Notes under the pieces: generated by a model
Told to the model about the DNA's origin: nothing
Seen by the model: the letters and a program-made list of their open reading frames with translations, nothing else
The model's database searches: none
Translations under genes and position numbers: made by a program
DNA from: Thermodesulfobacteriota bacterium
Lineage (GTDB): Bacteria > Desulfobacterota > Desulfobacteria > Desulfobacterales > C00003060
Length of the DNA stretch: 64,000 nt
Direction of reading: 5' to 3'
Assembly (NCBI GenBank): GCA_034189385.1
Contig: JAXHVD010000003.1
Coordinates: 128,001-192,000, forward strand
Part shown: positions 49,571-57,619 of the stretch, piece by piece
Numbering within the stretch: the first letter of the stretch is position 1
How the letters are laid out: every line of letters starts with the position of its first letter

Positions 49571-51747
49571 GTCTCGTCCTCGCCCTTCATGAAATCCGTA
49601 ACGAGCACAGGCCTCTTGTAGGCGGAAAAGGCTTTGCCCTGGCTGCCCTGGTTCAAAGAACCATGGCAGTCCCGGAAGCCCTCTGTGTCACCACCCAAGC
49701 CTACCACCAGTACCTTTCCAGCGGAGGGCTTCGTGACCGGATCGGCATGGAATTGAACCGGAAACCCTTCCAGGAGATGAGGTGGGAAGAACTATGGGAT
49801 GCCGCTTTACGCGTCCAGAACCTCTTCCTGCAGACGCCTTTTTCCAAAGAGCTCTACGAGGCCATTTGTATGCCTATTGCCGAGATCTTTGGGGACAAAG
49901 CAGTAGTAGTGAGATCATCTGCCCTGGGAGAAGATACGGCCCAGAGTTCTTTTGCGGGTCTGCACGAATCGTACGTCAACGTCAGAGGCACAGAGGCTAT
50001 TTTGGACCACATACGGCTCGTTTGGGCCTCCCTCTGGTCGGACCGCGCCCTGCTGTATCGACAGGAATTGAACCTACAGGTTGAAAAGAGCGCCATGGCC
50101 GTGGTGATTCAGGAAATTCTAGTGGGAGAACGATCAGGTGTCGTCTTTGGCAAGGACCCCAACGATCCGTCACAGACGGTCATCGAGGCCGTGTATGGAT
50201 TGAATCAAGGGCTGGTCGATGGGACCGTCGAGCCTGACAGGTGGATTCTGGATCGCCAGAGCGGGCGGCTCATCTCTCATGTGCCTGCCAGCAGAAAAAA
50301 GGCTATGGTCCCTGTCCCCGGGGGCCTTCTCCTTGATGCATTGCAGCCTGACAAGGCCGATTGCCCACCCCTTGACCAGGAGGAGATGGCCAGGGTCTTT
50401 GAACTCTCACGGAAGACAGAAGAGGTCTTTGACGCTCCCCAAGACGTGGAGTGGACCTTTGGCAAAGATGTACTCTATGTCCTTCAGTCACGTCCTGTCG
50501 CGTCGCCCCTGTCAACGGCTCATGACGACAAGAGGCCATGGTATCTCAGCTTGAAGAAGAGCTTTGAAACCTTAAAGGGCCTTCGCAAGACGATCGAGGC
50601 CGAGTTGATACCGCAGATGCACCAAGAAGGGCGAACCCTTGCCGCGTCCGATCTGGATCAGCTATCAGACGTTGAGCTCGCAAAGGAAATCGAGCTCAGA
50701 AGAAGCATCTACCAGAAGTGGGCACGAATCTACGAAGAGGCGTTCATCCCCATGGCCCACGGCATTCGGCTCTTTGGGCAGGTTTATAACAACACGGTCC
50801 GCCCGTCAGATCCCTATGAATTCATGACCCTTCTGGGAGCCACGGAGATGGTCAGCCTCAGACGCAATGGCATGCTTGATGACCTGGCAGCAATGATCCG
50901 ATCGAACCCCAAGCTGGCGGAGCGCTTAAGAAACGGCGATCTCTCTGTTGATGATGACGCCTTCCATGCTGGCCTTCGAGATTTCGCAGACGAATTCACC
51001 GATCTGTCGTGCGGTACCGATCAATGCGTCAGTGGCCAACACGCCATCGCGAAGCTTCTCCTTGAAATGGCCGGTCGTCCCTCTCTGAGACAGGCTGTTC
51101 CAAAGAAGGACTTCCAGGGCCTTAAGGATGCGTTCTTGTCTCGTTTTCAGGCCAATCAACGCTCCTATGCTGAAGAGCTTCTTGATCTTGGACGGGCCAG
51201 CTACCGCTTGAGAGATGATGACAATATCTACTTAGGCCAGGTCAGAGCTCAAATGGACCGAGCAGTGAGCGAGGGACGGAATCGGGTAAAAAGCACAAAC
51301 AAGACAGAGGGTCGTGCGTCCGCCGCCCACAGCCTTGCAAAGGCCTTAAAGACCCACGACCTTCTCTTTCAGACCCACCTCTCACCTGTTTCTGAAAAAG
51401 CAGGGCTTCAAACCACGGTCAGGCAAATCGTGGGACAACCGGCAGGACCTGGAATTGGAAAAGGCCCGGCGCGGGTGATTGCTGACCCGTCTGATTTGAT
51501 GGATTTTCAAGCCGGAGAGATCCTGGTATGCGATGCACTGGATCCAACCATGACCTTTGTCGTCCCTCTGTCAGAAGGAATCGTGGAACGCCGGGGCGGC
51601 ATGTTGATCCACGGCGCCATTATTGCCAGAGAATACGGGCTCCCATGCGTTACCGGGATCCCTGAAGCGGCCTCGGTCATCAAGAACGGTGAGCAACTTA
51701 CTGTCGATGGCTATCTGGGCATTGTCACCATCCATCGTGAAGCATAA
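49567..51747 (+). CDS. PEP-synthase/PPDK-type phosphotransferase (N-terminal ATP-grasp + C-terminal His swivel; rifampin-phosphotransferase-like architecture)
   Basis: VGGKG, VRSSA..ED....SFAG, QDVEW, LQSRP; GG...HGAIIAREYG.P.V. Confidence 0.88.
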   Translation: MSLVLALHEIRNEHRPLVGGKGFALAALVQRTMAVPEALCVTTQAYHQYLSSGGLRDRIGMELNRKPFQEMRWEELWDAALRVQNLFLQTPFSKELYEAICMPIAEIFGDKAVVVRSSALGEDTAQSSFAGLHESYVNVRGTEAILDHIRLVWASLWSDRALLYRQELNLQVEKSAMAVVIQEILVGERSGVVFGKDPNDPSQTVIEAVYGLNQGLVDGTVEPDRWILDRQSGRLISHVPASRKKAMVPVPGGLLLDALQPDKADCPPLDQEEMARVFELSRKTEEVFDAPQDVEWTFGKDVLYVLQSRPVASPLSTAHDDKRPWYLSLKKSFETLKGLRKTIEAELIPQMHQEGRTLAASDLDQLSDVELAKEIELRRSIYQKWARIYEEAFIPMAHGIRLFGQVYNNTVRPSDPYEFMTLLGATEMVSLRRNGMLDDLAAMIRSNPKLAERLRNGDLSVDDDAFHAGLRDFADEFTDLSCGTDQCVSGQHAIAKLLLEMAGRPSLRQAVPKKDFQGLKDAFLSRFQANQRSYAEELLDLGRASYRLRDDDNIYLGQVRAQMDRAVSEGRNRVKSTNKTEGRASAAHSLAKALKTHDLLFQTHLSPVSEKAGLQTTVRQIVGQPAGPGIGKGPARVIADPSDLMDFQAGEILVCDALDPTMTFVVPLSEGIVERRGGMLIHGAIIAREYGLPCVTGIPEAASVIKNGEQLTVDGYLGIVTIHREA

Positions 51748-51887
51748 ACGCACCTGTCTTTGCCGGTTGCCATTGGGGACCAATATCGTTGACGTCTTCT
51801 TTTCACCATACTCTTTTTCTTGCAGACCATCCCGTGGCCCGACCTAGGAGCCAGCCCTTATTGGCGGCCTGTAAAAAGAAAGGAAGA

Positions 51888-52313
51888 GTGACAGAAGGTA
51901 GACTGTTTTTTCTTGTCGTCGTCTTGGCCCTGGCCTTCGCAGGATATGCAATGACGGTCTGCTCCTCTGAAAAAGAACCTGTCGCCGCGTCTGTTCTCCC
52001 CGAAGAAGGGTCGCCCGCGGGCGCCGAGACGGGGAGAGAGTATATGAAGATGGACGTTGAAGAGATGGATCTACTGGACTTCATTAAGGCCATAAGCGAC
52101 ATCACCGGAAAAGACTTCCTTGTGAGTCCAAGAGTCACAGGCAAGGTGCGCGGGGAGGCTCTCAGGAAGATTCCTGTAGATGAAGCATACCAGGTCTTTC
52201 AAGCAGTGTTAGAGGTCCACGGCTTTACCACGGTGCCGGCAGGGAGCATTGTCAAGATCGTGCCCGCCTCAGAGGCTCGGGGAAAAGCAGTCGACACACA
52301 ACAGGCCCGCTGA
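51888..52313 (+). CDS. Stand-alone secretin GspD N0-like domain protein with N-terminal anchor
   Basis: D..DFIK.IS..TGK.F.V.PRV.GKV...EAY..F..VL.V.GF..V..G...KIVP. Confidence 0.7.
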   Translation: MTEGRLFFLVVVLALAFAGYAMTVCSSEKEPVAASVLPEEGSPAGAETGREYMKMDVEEMDLLDFIKAISDITGKDFLVSPRVTGKVRGEALRKIPVDEAYQVFQAVLEVHGFTTVPAGSIVKIVPASEARGKAVDTQQAR

Positions 52314-52710
52314 CATCCAGAAGATCGTCGTTAGGGCATCCTTTTCAGGGCCACCCAAATAGGACCACGGGCACTTGCGCTGACATGGACTGATGGGTCA
52401 CTGCCTTAAGGGGACACTGCGAAGTAGTCATTCAATCAAGCGCTTCTTCGTTGAGGAGAACAATCCCCATCGTGTCGATGGAGTCCCATATGGACCGGCT
52501 GTTGCCCAAAGGGATATGTCTTCGACGGGTTCATGGAGTCCCTTGTCGCCCCCTTTCCGTCCCTTGTTAGGCCATCACCGCTTCGTTGGATCATTTCACA
52601 CGGTCGTGCTCTTGACAAACCCCAGGCCGGTACATAGCTTCCATTAGATAATTGAGAAACAGTTTCAATAATCGGCCCCCAGGCCAGTCTCATGGAAGGG
52701 GGTGAAGAGC

Positions 52711-53199
52711 ATGACAGAACAAACAACAACTGCAACAGGAACCCTTGAAGAAGGGATGTCTGCATTCACAAAGGGGAAGTTCAACGAGAGTATATGTGAC
52801 CTTTCAAAAGCCATCAGGCTCGACCCCAACAAAGAAGTCGCCTACCTCACCCGTGGGGTTGCATATATGAAGACGGACAGACCAAACCTGGCCATAGATG
52901 ATTTTGACAAGGCCATCGAACTCAACCCGGGCCATCGGCGGGCGTATCACCTTAGAGGCCATGCGCACTACGTCATGGGAAACAGGAAAAGAGCTTTACA
53001 AGATTTTGGCAAGGCGATCGAACTAGATCCCGAATATGGAGCCGCCTATTTGAGCAGGGCAAATCTCCACACCGAGCTGGGACACGGCGAAAAGGCCGGG
53101 CAAGATATGGAGATGGCCCTTCTCCTTACAGAAAAGAATATGGGAACCTTTGCAAACGAAAACAACGTCTTGAGATGCAAGCACCGGGCTGGAGGCTGA
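52711..53199 (+). CDS. TPR-repeat protein
   Basis: Repeated D..KAI.LDP / AY..RG patterns. Confidence 0.88.
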   Translation: MTEQTTTATGTLEEGMSAFTKGKFNESICDLSKAIRLDPNKEVAYLTRGVAYMKTDRPNLAIDDFDKAIELNPGHRRAYHLRGHAHYVMGNRKRALQDFGKAIELDPEYGAAYLSRANLHTELGHGEKAGQDMEMALLLTEKNMGTFANENNVLRCKHRAGG

Positions 53200-53250
53200 A
53201 GGCATCGTGGGAAAAACTGAGAGGCGAGAAATAAAATAGGAAAGAGACGA

Positions 53251-53697
53251 TTATCTCTGATCTGCCACTTCCATGATGTGTCTGAAGACATCGGCCAGGG
53301 TGACGACGCCCACGAGTCTGTCATCCTTCATCACAGGCATCTGCTTGATTTTTCTAAGGGTCAAGATCGAACCAGCCTTTAAAATGCTGGTCTCCTGATC
53401 CAGTGTCATGGCAGGAGCGCCCATCACTTCTCTGACCTTTATCTTCTTTACCTTTTCGATTCTATTCTGAATATAACCAAGATCCGACAAGTGCTTCTCG
53501 TCCTTATATATGTCAGGATACCTGGGGAGGACAGACCTGAATATATCCGCTCTGGTAATCACCCCGACGACACGATGATCATGGACCACAGGGGCCCCAT
53601 TGATGTCGTGCTCCTGTAATAAGCGTCCACATTCTTCTATGGTTAAATCTTCCTCCACCGTAATCACAGGAGACTTCATAATCTCGTCTATTTTCAT
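53251..53697 (-). CDS. CBS-domain protein
   Basis: IM.SPVITV, G.PVV....VG.IT..D; second CBS repeat. Confidence 0.9.
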   Translation of the reverse strand: MKIDEIMKSPVITVEEDLTIEECGRLLQEHDINGAPVVHDHRVVGVITRADIFRSVLPRYPDIYKDEKHLSDLGYIQNRIEKVKKIKVREVMGAPAMTLDQETSILKAGSILTLRKIKQMPVMKDDRLVGVVTLADVFRHIMEVADQR

Positions 53698-53818
53698 TGT
53701 CCCTTTCCTTCCCAATCGCTGTCAGTGACTGGAGACGCTCCAAAAACCCAGAACCTATTCTCACAAAGACACGGTTGCTTTTCAAAGGCACGGTATGTGC
53801 ACTTGGTGGCAGCCTGGG

Positions 53819-55051
53819 TCAACGAGAGGCCGCATCGCTTTTAAAGGCATCGACGTTCTCTATGTGCGCTTCTTCCTCGGTGATGGTCGTAAGGGGCGGA
53901 TCATCAGCGATATCCATCCCCGGCACGTAATCAAAGACTCCCGTAAGCTCCCTGTTTACCATCTGGTAGAGCCTGGTCAGGGGAATTTCCATAGGACACA
54001 CATCTTGACACTGCCCGCAATTGACACAGGAGTCTGCCACATGAGCCAATCTGATTAAAGGAAACATGATATGGGGCGGCGTTTCTCCAGCTTGCACAAG
54101 ATCTCTTGATGGCTCCAGGTAACAGTCCTGACAGTAACAGATGGGACACACATCCCTGCAACCAAAGCACTTGATGCACCTGTCAAGATATCTTAGCCAG
54201 TATTGCAATCGATCCTCGTAGGGAAGCCATCTTAGGACATCCAGGTCCTTTTCTTGCCAGGTCTGGGCCAATTCAACGGCCTCTTGGTCTTCTTGTTCCC
54301 TTTCCTTTAAGGCTTCCTGATCAGGCGGCTCCGCGTGAAGGGCACCCGCTTCCAAGGCCTCTTCCATCAGGTTGGAGCCTTTCTCCGAGCATACTTCTAT
54401 GAACGTAGCCTGTTGGCCCTTTGTGCCCCACTTGCCACAAGCCAGATCAGCCATCCGAGGAATATTGAAGGCGCACCGCCTACAATTTTCTCTTCTGCCA
54501 TATCCCTGTTCCTCTAGCTCCTTTAGATCCCTTTCTTTTTTGCTCCCATCTGCGAGCGTGATGACAAGTTTTTTTGAATCAAGCTCCTCGCCCACCACGT
54601 CCTCAGGGTTGACCTGATATGCCTCTGAAATCATTCTTCTGGCAACGCCTGGCATCAATGTGCCCGTGCAGTTCAGGCCTATTAAGAGGAGATTCTCGGT
54701 ATTGATTTGTCTCCTTTTCGCTAGCTCTATGATGGCACGGCAGTCACAGGGCTTGCAGGTCACTGCCACCTTCAGGTCTTGGGCACCGTTTAGATACTCC
54801 CTTATCTCTTTGGCTACATTCACTGGAGCAACGTGCAGGGTCCCAGCACAGGTGATGACTTCGTCGGGATTCGATATGAGAGACACCACTCCATCATATC
54901 TGTTTCCATCTCTTTTTCGGACCGCCAATACGGCATCTACAATCTTACGCTCAAGGGCAAACTTCAGCAACGCAGTGACTGCACCACCTGATGCGCCCTT
55001 AGACCGAATTTGCTCGTCAGTGGACCAAGCAAGATACATGTCGCCTTTCAT
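53819..55051 (-). CDS. fdhB: Formate dehydrogenase beta subunit, F420-reducing FrhB/FdhB family with C-terminal 2[4Fe-4S]
   Basis: GASGGAVTALL, KPCD.RAI.EL, IGLNC.G, RR.NCRRC, AD.ACG.WG, CIKCFGC...CP.CYC, CVNCGQC.DVCP. Confidence 0.88.
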   Translation of the reverse strand: MKGDMYLAWSTDEQIRSKGASGGAVTALLKFALERKIVDAVLAVRKRDGNRYDGVVSLISNPDEVITCAGTLHVAPVNVAKEIREYLNGAQDLKVAVTCKPCDCRAIIELAKRRQINTENLLLIGLNCTGTLMPGVARRMISEAYQVNPEDVVGEELDSKKLVITLADGSKKERDLKELEEQGYGRRENCRRCAFNIPRMADLACGKWGTKGQQATFIEVCSEKGSNLMEEALEAGALHAEPPDQEALKEREQEDQEAVELAQTWQEKDLDVLRWLPYEDRLQYWLRYLDRCIKCFGCRDVCPICYCQDCYLEPSRDLVQAGETPPHIMFPLIRLAHVADSCVNCGQCQDVCPMEIPLTRLYQMVNRELTGVFDYVPGMDIADDPPLTTITEEEAHIENVDAFKSDAASR

Positions 55052-57081
55052 TATGATACCTTCTCTACCTTCACTGCACAGAACTTGAACTCCGGCATCT
55101 TAGACGGAGGGCCTGCACAGGGTCCTGTCAAGACGTTTGGTGCGCATTCTGAAAAATGCCAAGGCACAAATATCAGGCCTTTCCTAATGTCTTCTGTTAC
55201 CCTAGCCACTGTCTCTATCGTGCCTCTTCTGGATGTTAATCTCACCTGGTCTCCGTCTTGTATGGAGAGGGCCTGGGCATCTTCAGGGTTTATCTCTGCA
55301 AATCCATGGGGCAGCTCATTGTTCAGGCGCCCAGTTCGTCTGGTCATGGTGCCTGAATGAAAATGGAATATCACCCTGCCATTTGTGAATATGTAAGGAT
55401 ACTCCTCATCTGGCACCTCCAAAGGGGGAGTGTATTCTGCAACCTGGAATTGTGCAAGACCGTCTGCGGTGGGGAATTTGCCAACAAACATGACCTCCGT
55501 CCCAGGATGATCCTCTGTGGGGCATGGCCATTGAATGCCGCTGGGATTTTTGAGCCTTTCATAGGTAATCCCCTTGTATTGAGGCACACATTTCCTGATT
55601 TCCTCAAAAATATCAGCCGGGCTCTGAAAACCAAAGGCCGCCTCAAAACCCATCCTCTTTCCCAATTCACAGAAAATGTCCCAATCCGGTCTTGCATCAC
55701 CCGGCGGCGCCACGGCCTTGTAGAGCCTCTGAACCCTTCTATCTACCCCGGTCATGGTCCCGTCCTTTTCCACGGACGTCGCTGCAGGGAGCACAATGTC
55801 AGCCATTTTTGCCGTTTCTGTCATAAAGATATCCTGGACGACCAAGAAATCTTTGCTTTTCAGGGCCTGCCTGACGCTTGTCGTATCTGGCGCAGCCGAC
55901 ATGGGATTCGCCCCCACGATGTATAAGACTCTGCATTTTCCCACCATGTCCATGTAAGTCATTCCAGGGGTTGAAGGCAGATCCTTGACTCCCCAGAGGT
56001 CTTCAAAACGCCTGGCTGTTTCCTCATTCACCTTTTGAAATCCAGGGTAGAAAACTGGCAAGGGCCCCATGTCCCCAAAGCCCTCACCATTGGCATGACC
56101 CCTCAGGGGGTTTACGCCAGTACCCGGCCTTCCATAGTTTCCCGTCATGAGTGCCAAGTCCACCAAAGCCCTGATGTTCTCTATGCCTGCACCATGCTGG
56201 GCAATGCCTGCATTGTATAAGATACAGGCTTTTTCGGCCTTCCCGTACATGAGTGCCGCCTCTTTGATCACATCAAGGGGGATCTCCGTGATGCGCTCTA
56301 TTTCACGCAGATCCAGACTCTGCAAATAGCTCTTCAGGTCCTCAAATCCTTTTGTCCTCTCTTCTATGAACCCTTTATCCTCTAGCCCCTCATCCAAGAT
56401 GAGCTTCATCATGCCGTTGACCAGGGCATTGTCCGTCGCAGGGTAGATCTGCAAGTACAGGTCTGCAAGGTTTCGAGCCGTGATCGTCCTTCGGGGATCT
56501 GCAACGATCACCTTGGCCCCTTTACGCTTTGCCCGTATGATCCTGCGGGCAATGATGGGATAGGTTTCCTGGAGGTTGGGACCGGCCACAAAGATGCAAT
56601 CCGCCTGCTCAATACTGATAGTGGACGTTGGCATCACGCCTGAGCCCACTGTGGAAAGCAAGGCGGGCACTGAGGTAGAATGGCAGAACCTGGAGGCATT
56701 ATCCATGTTGTTTGTCTTCTTAACGACCCTGACAAACTTCTGAATGACATAGAGATCTTCGTTTGTACACTTTGCAGAATTGATGAAGCCCACCTCATCG
56801 GAAGCCGTGCTGCCCAATTTGTCTGCGATCACCGAAAGGGCAGCATCCCAGGAGGTCTCCGCAAAGACACCGTCTCGTTTTACTAACGGCCTTACCAGCC
56901 TTTGATCACTCGTTGAACAGGCATGGGCGTTTCTTCCTTTCTGGCAGTTTTTGCCCTCACATACGGGATGCCCCTTCCACGGCTCCATGCCCACCAACTC
57001 GCCGTCTTTTACTACCAAGTAGATGCCACATCCGCAGCCGCAGTAAGGGCAAATAGTCGGTACGTGTTCAATGGATGTCAT
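55051..57081 (-). CDS. fdhA: Mo/W-bisPGD formate dehydrogenase alpha subunit (Cys form, cytoplasmic, no Tat signal)
   Basis: TICPYCGCGC...C.KG, DNASRF-C-H, PLRG, VVQDIF.TETA..AD..LP, PEFK.CAV. Confidence 0.85.
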   Translation of the reverse strand: MTSIEHVPTICPYCGCGCGIYLVVKDGELVGMEPWKGHPVCEGKNCQKGRNAHACSTSDQRLVRPLVKRDGVFAETSWDAALSVIADKLGSTASDEVGFINSAKCTNEDLYVIQKFVRVVKKTNNMDNASRFCHSTSVPALLSTVGSGVMPTSTISIEQADCIFVAGPNLQETYPIIARRIIRAKRKGAKVIVADPRRTITARNLADLYLQIYPATDNALVNGMMKLILDEGLEDKGFIEERTKGFEDLKSYLQSLDLREIERITEIPLDVIKEAALMYGKAEKACILYNAGIAQHGAGIENIRALVDLALMTGNYGRPGTGVNPLRGHANGEGFGDMGPLPVFYPGFQKVNEETARRFEDLWGVKDLPSTPGMTYMDMVGKCRVLYIVGANPMSAAPDTTSVRQALKSKDFLVVQDIFMTETAKMADIVLPAATSVEKDGTMTGVDRRVQRLYKAVAPPGDARPDWDIFCELGKRMGFEAAFGFQSPADIFEEIRKCVPQYKGITYERLKNPSGIQWPCPTEDHPGTEVMFVGKFPTADGLAQFQVAEYTPPLEVPDEEYPYIFTNGRVIFHFHSGTMTRRTGRLNNELPHGFAEINPEDAQALSIQDGDQVRLTSRRGTIETVARVTEDIRKGLIFVPWHFSECAPNVLTGPCAGPPSKMPEFKFCAVKVEKVS

Positions 57082-57514
57082 GAGCGCCTTCTCTCTCTAT
57101 CCTTTGTGACAGAGGGTTTGGTCCAATGCCTCTTGCCTCTTCTACAAAGTCCCTGACCAATTGCGCAAATTGCGGACCCTCCGATGCGGATACCCAGGCC
57201 AGGCGCAATCTGGCCGGATCGATACCCACACATTCCAGCAATTTCTTCGTCATCAAGACCCGTCTTCTTACGTGCAGATTACCTTCCAGGTAATGACATT
57301 CACCCGGATGTCATCCCCCCACAAGCACGGCATCTATGCCCTGAGTCAGTGCCTCCAAAATCATGACAGGATCAATTCTCCCAGTACACATGACCCGGAT
57401 CACCCGGATGTTGGGGGGATATTGGAACCTGGAAACGCCAGCCAGATCGGCTCCGGCGTAAGAACACCAGTTGCACAGAAAGGCTATTAATTTGGGTTCA
57501 AATGAACTTGACAT
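57068..57514 (-). CDS. mvhD: Selenocysteine-containing MvhD ([2Fe-2S] Hdr adaptor)
   Basis: [25 protein letters not shown](TGA 57311-57313)-HPGECHY..GN, W.SASEG; hairpin ATTACCT-gga-AGGTAAT at 57278-57294. Confidence 0.92.
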
Positions 57515-57619
57515 TGTCAGAAACCCCCGTCTTTCTCCTAAGGCCATGTAGAATAGGCTGAAAGGTGGACCTTGAAGAAGGGAACGTTTTTTCTGCTGCT
57601 TTTGGATTTCAGCTTTTCT

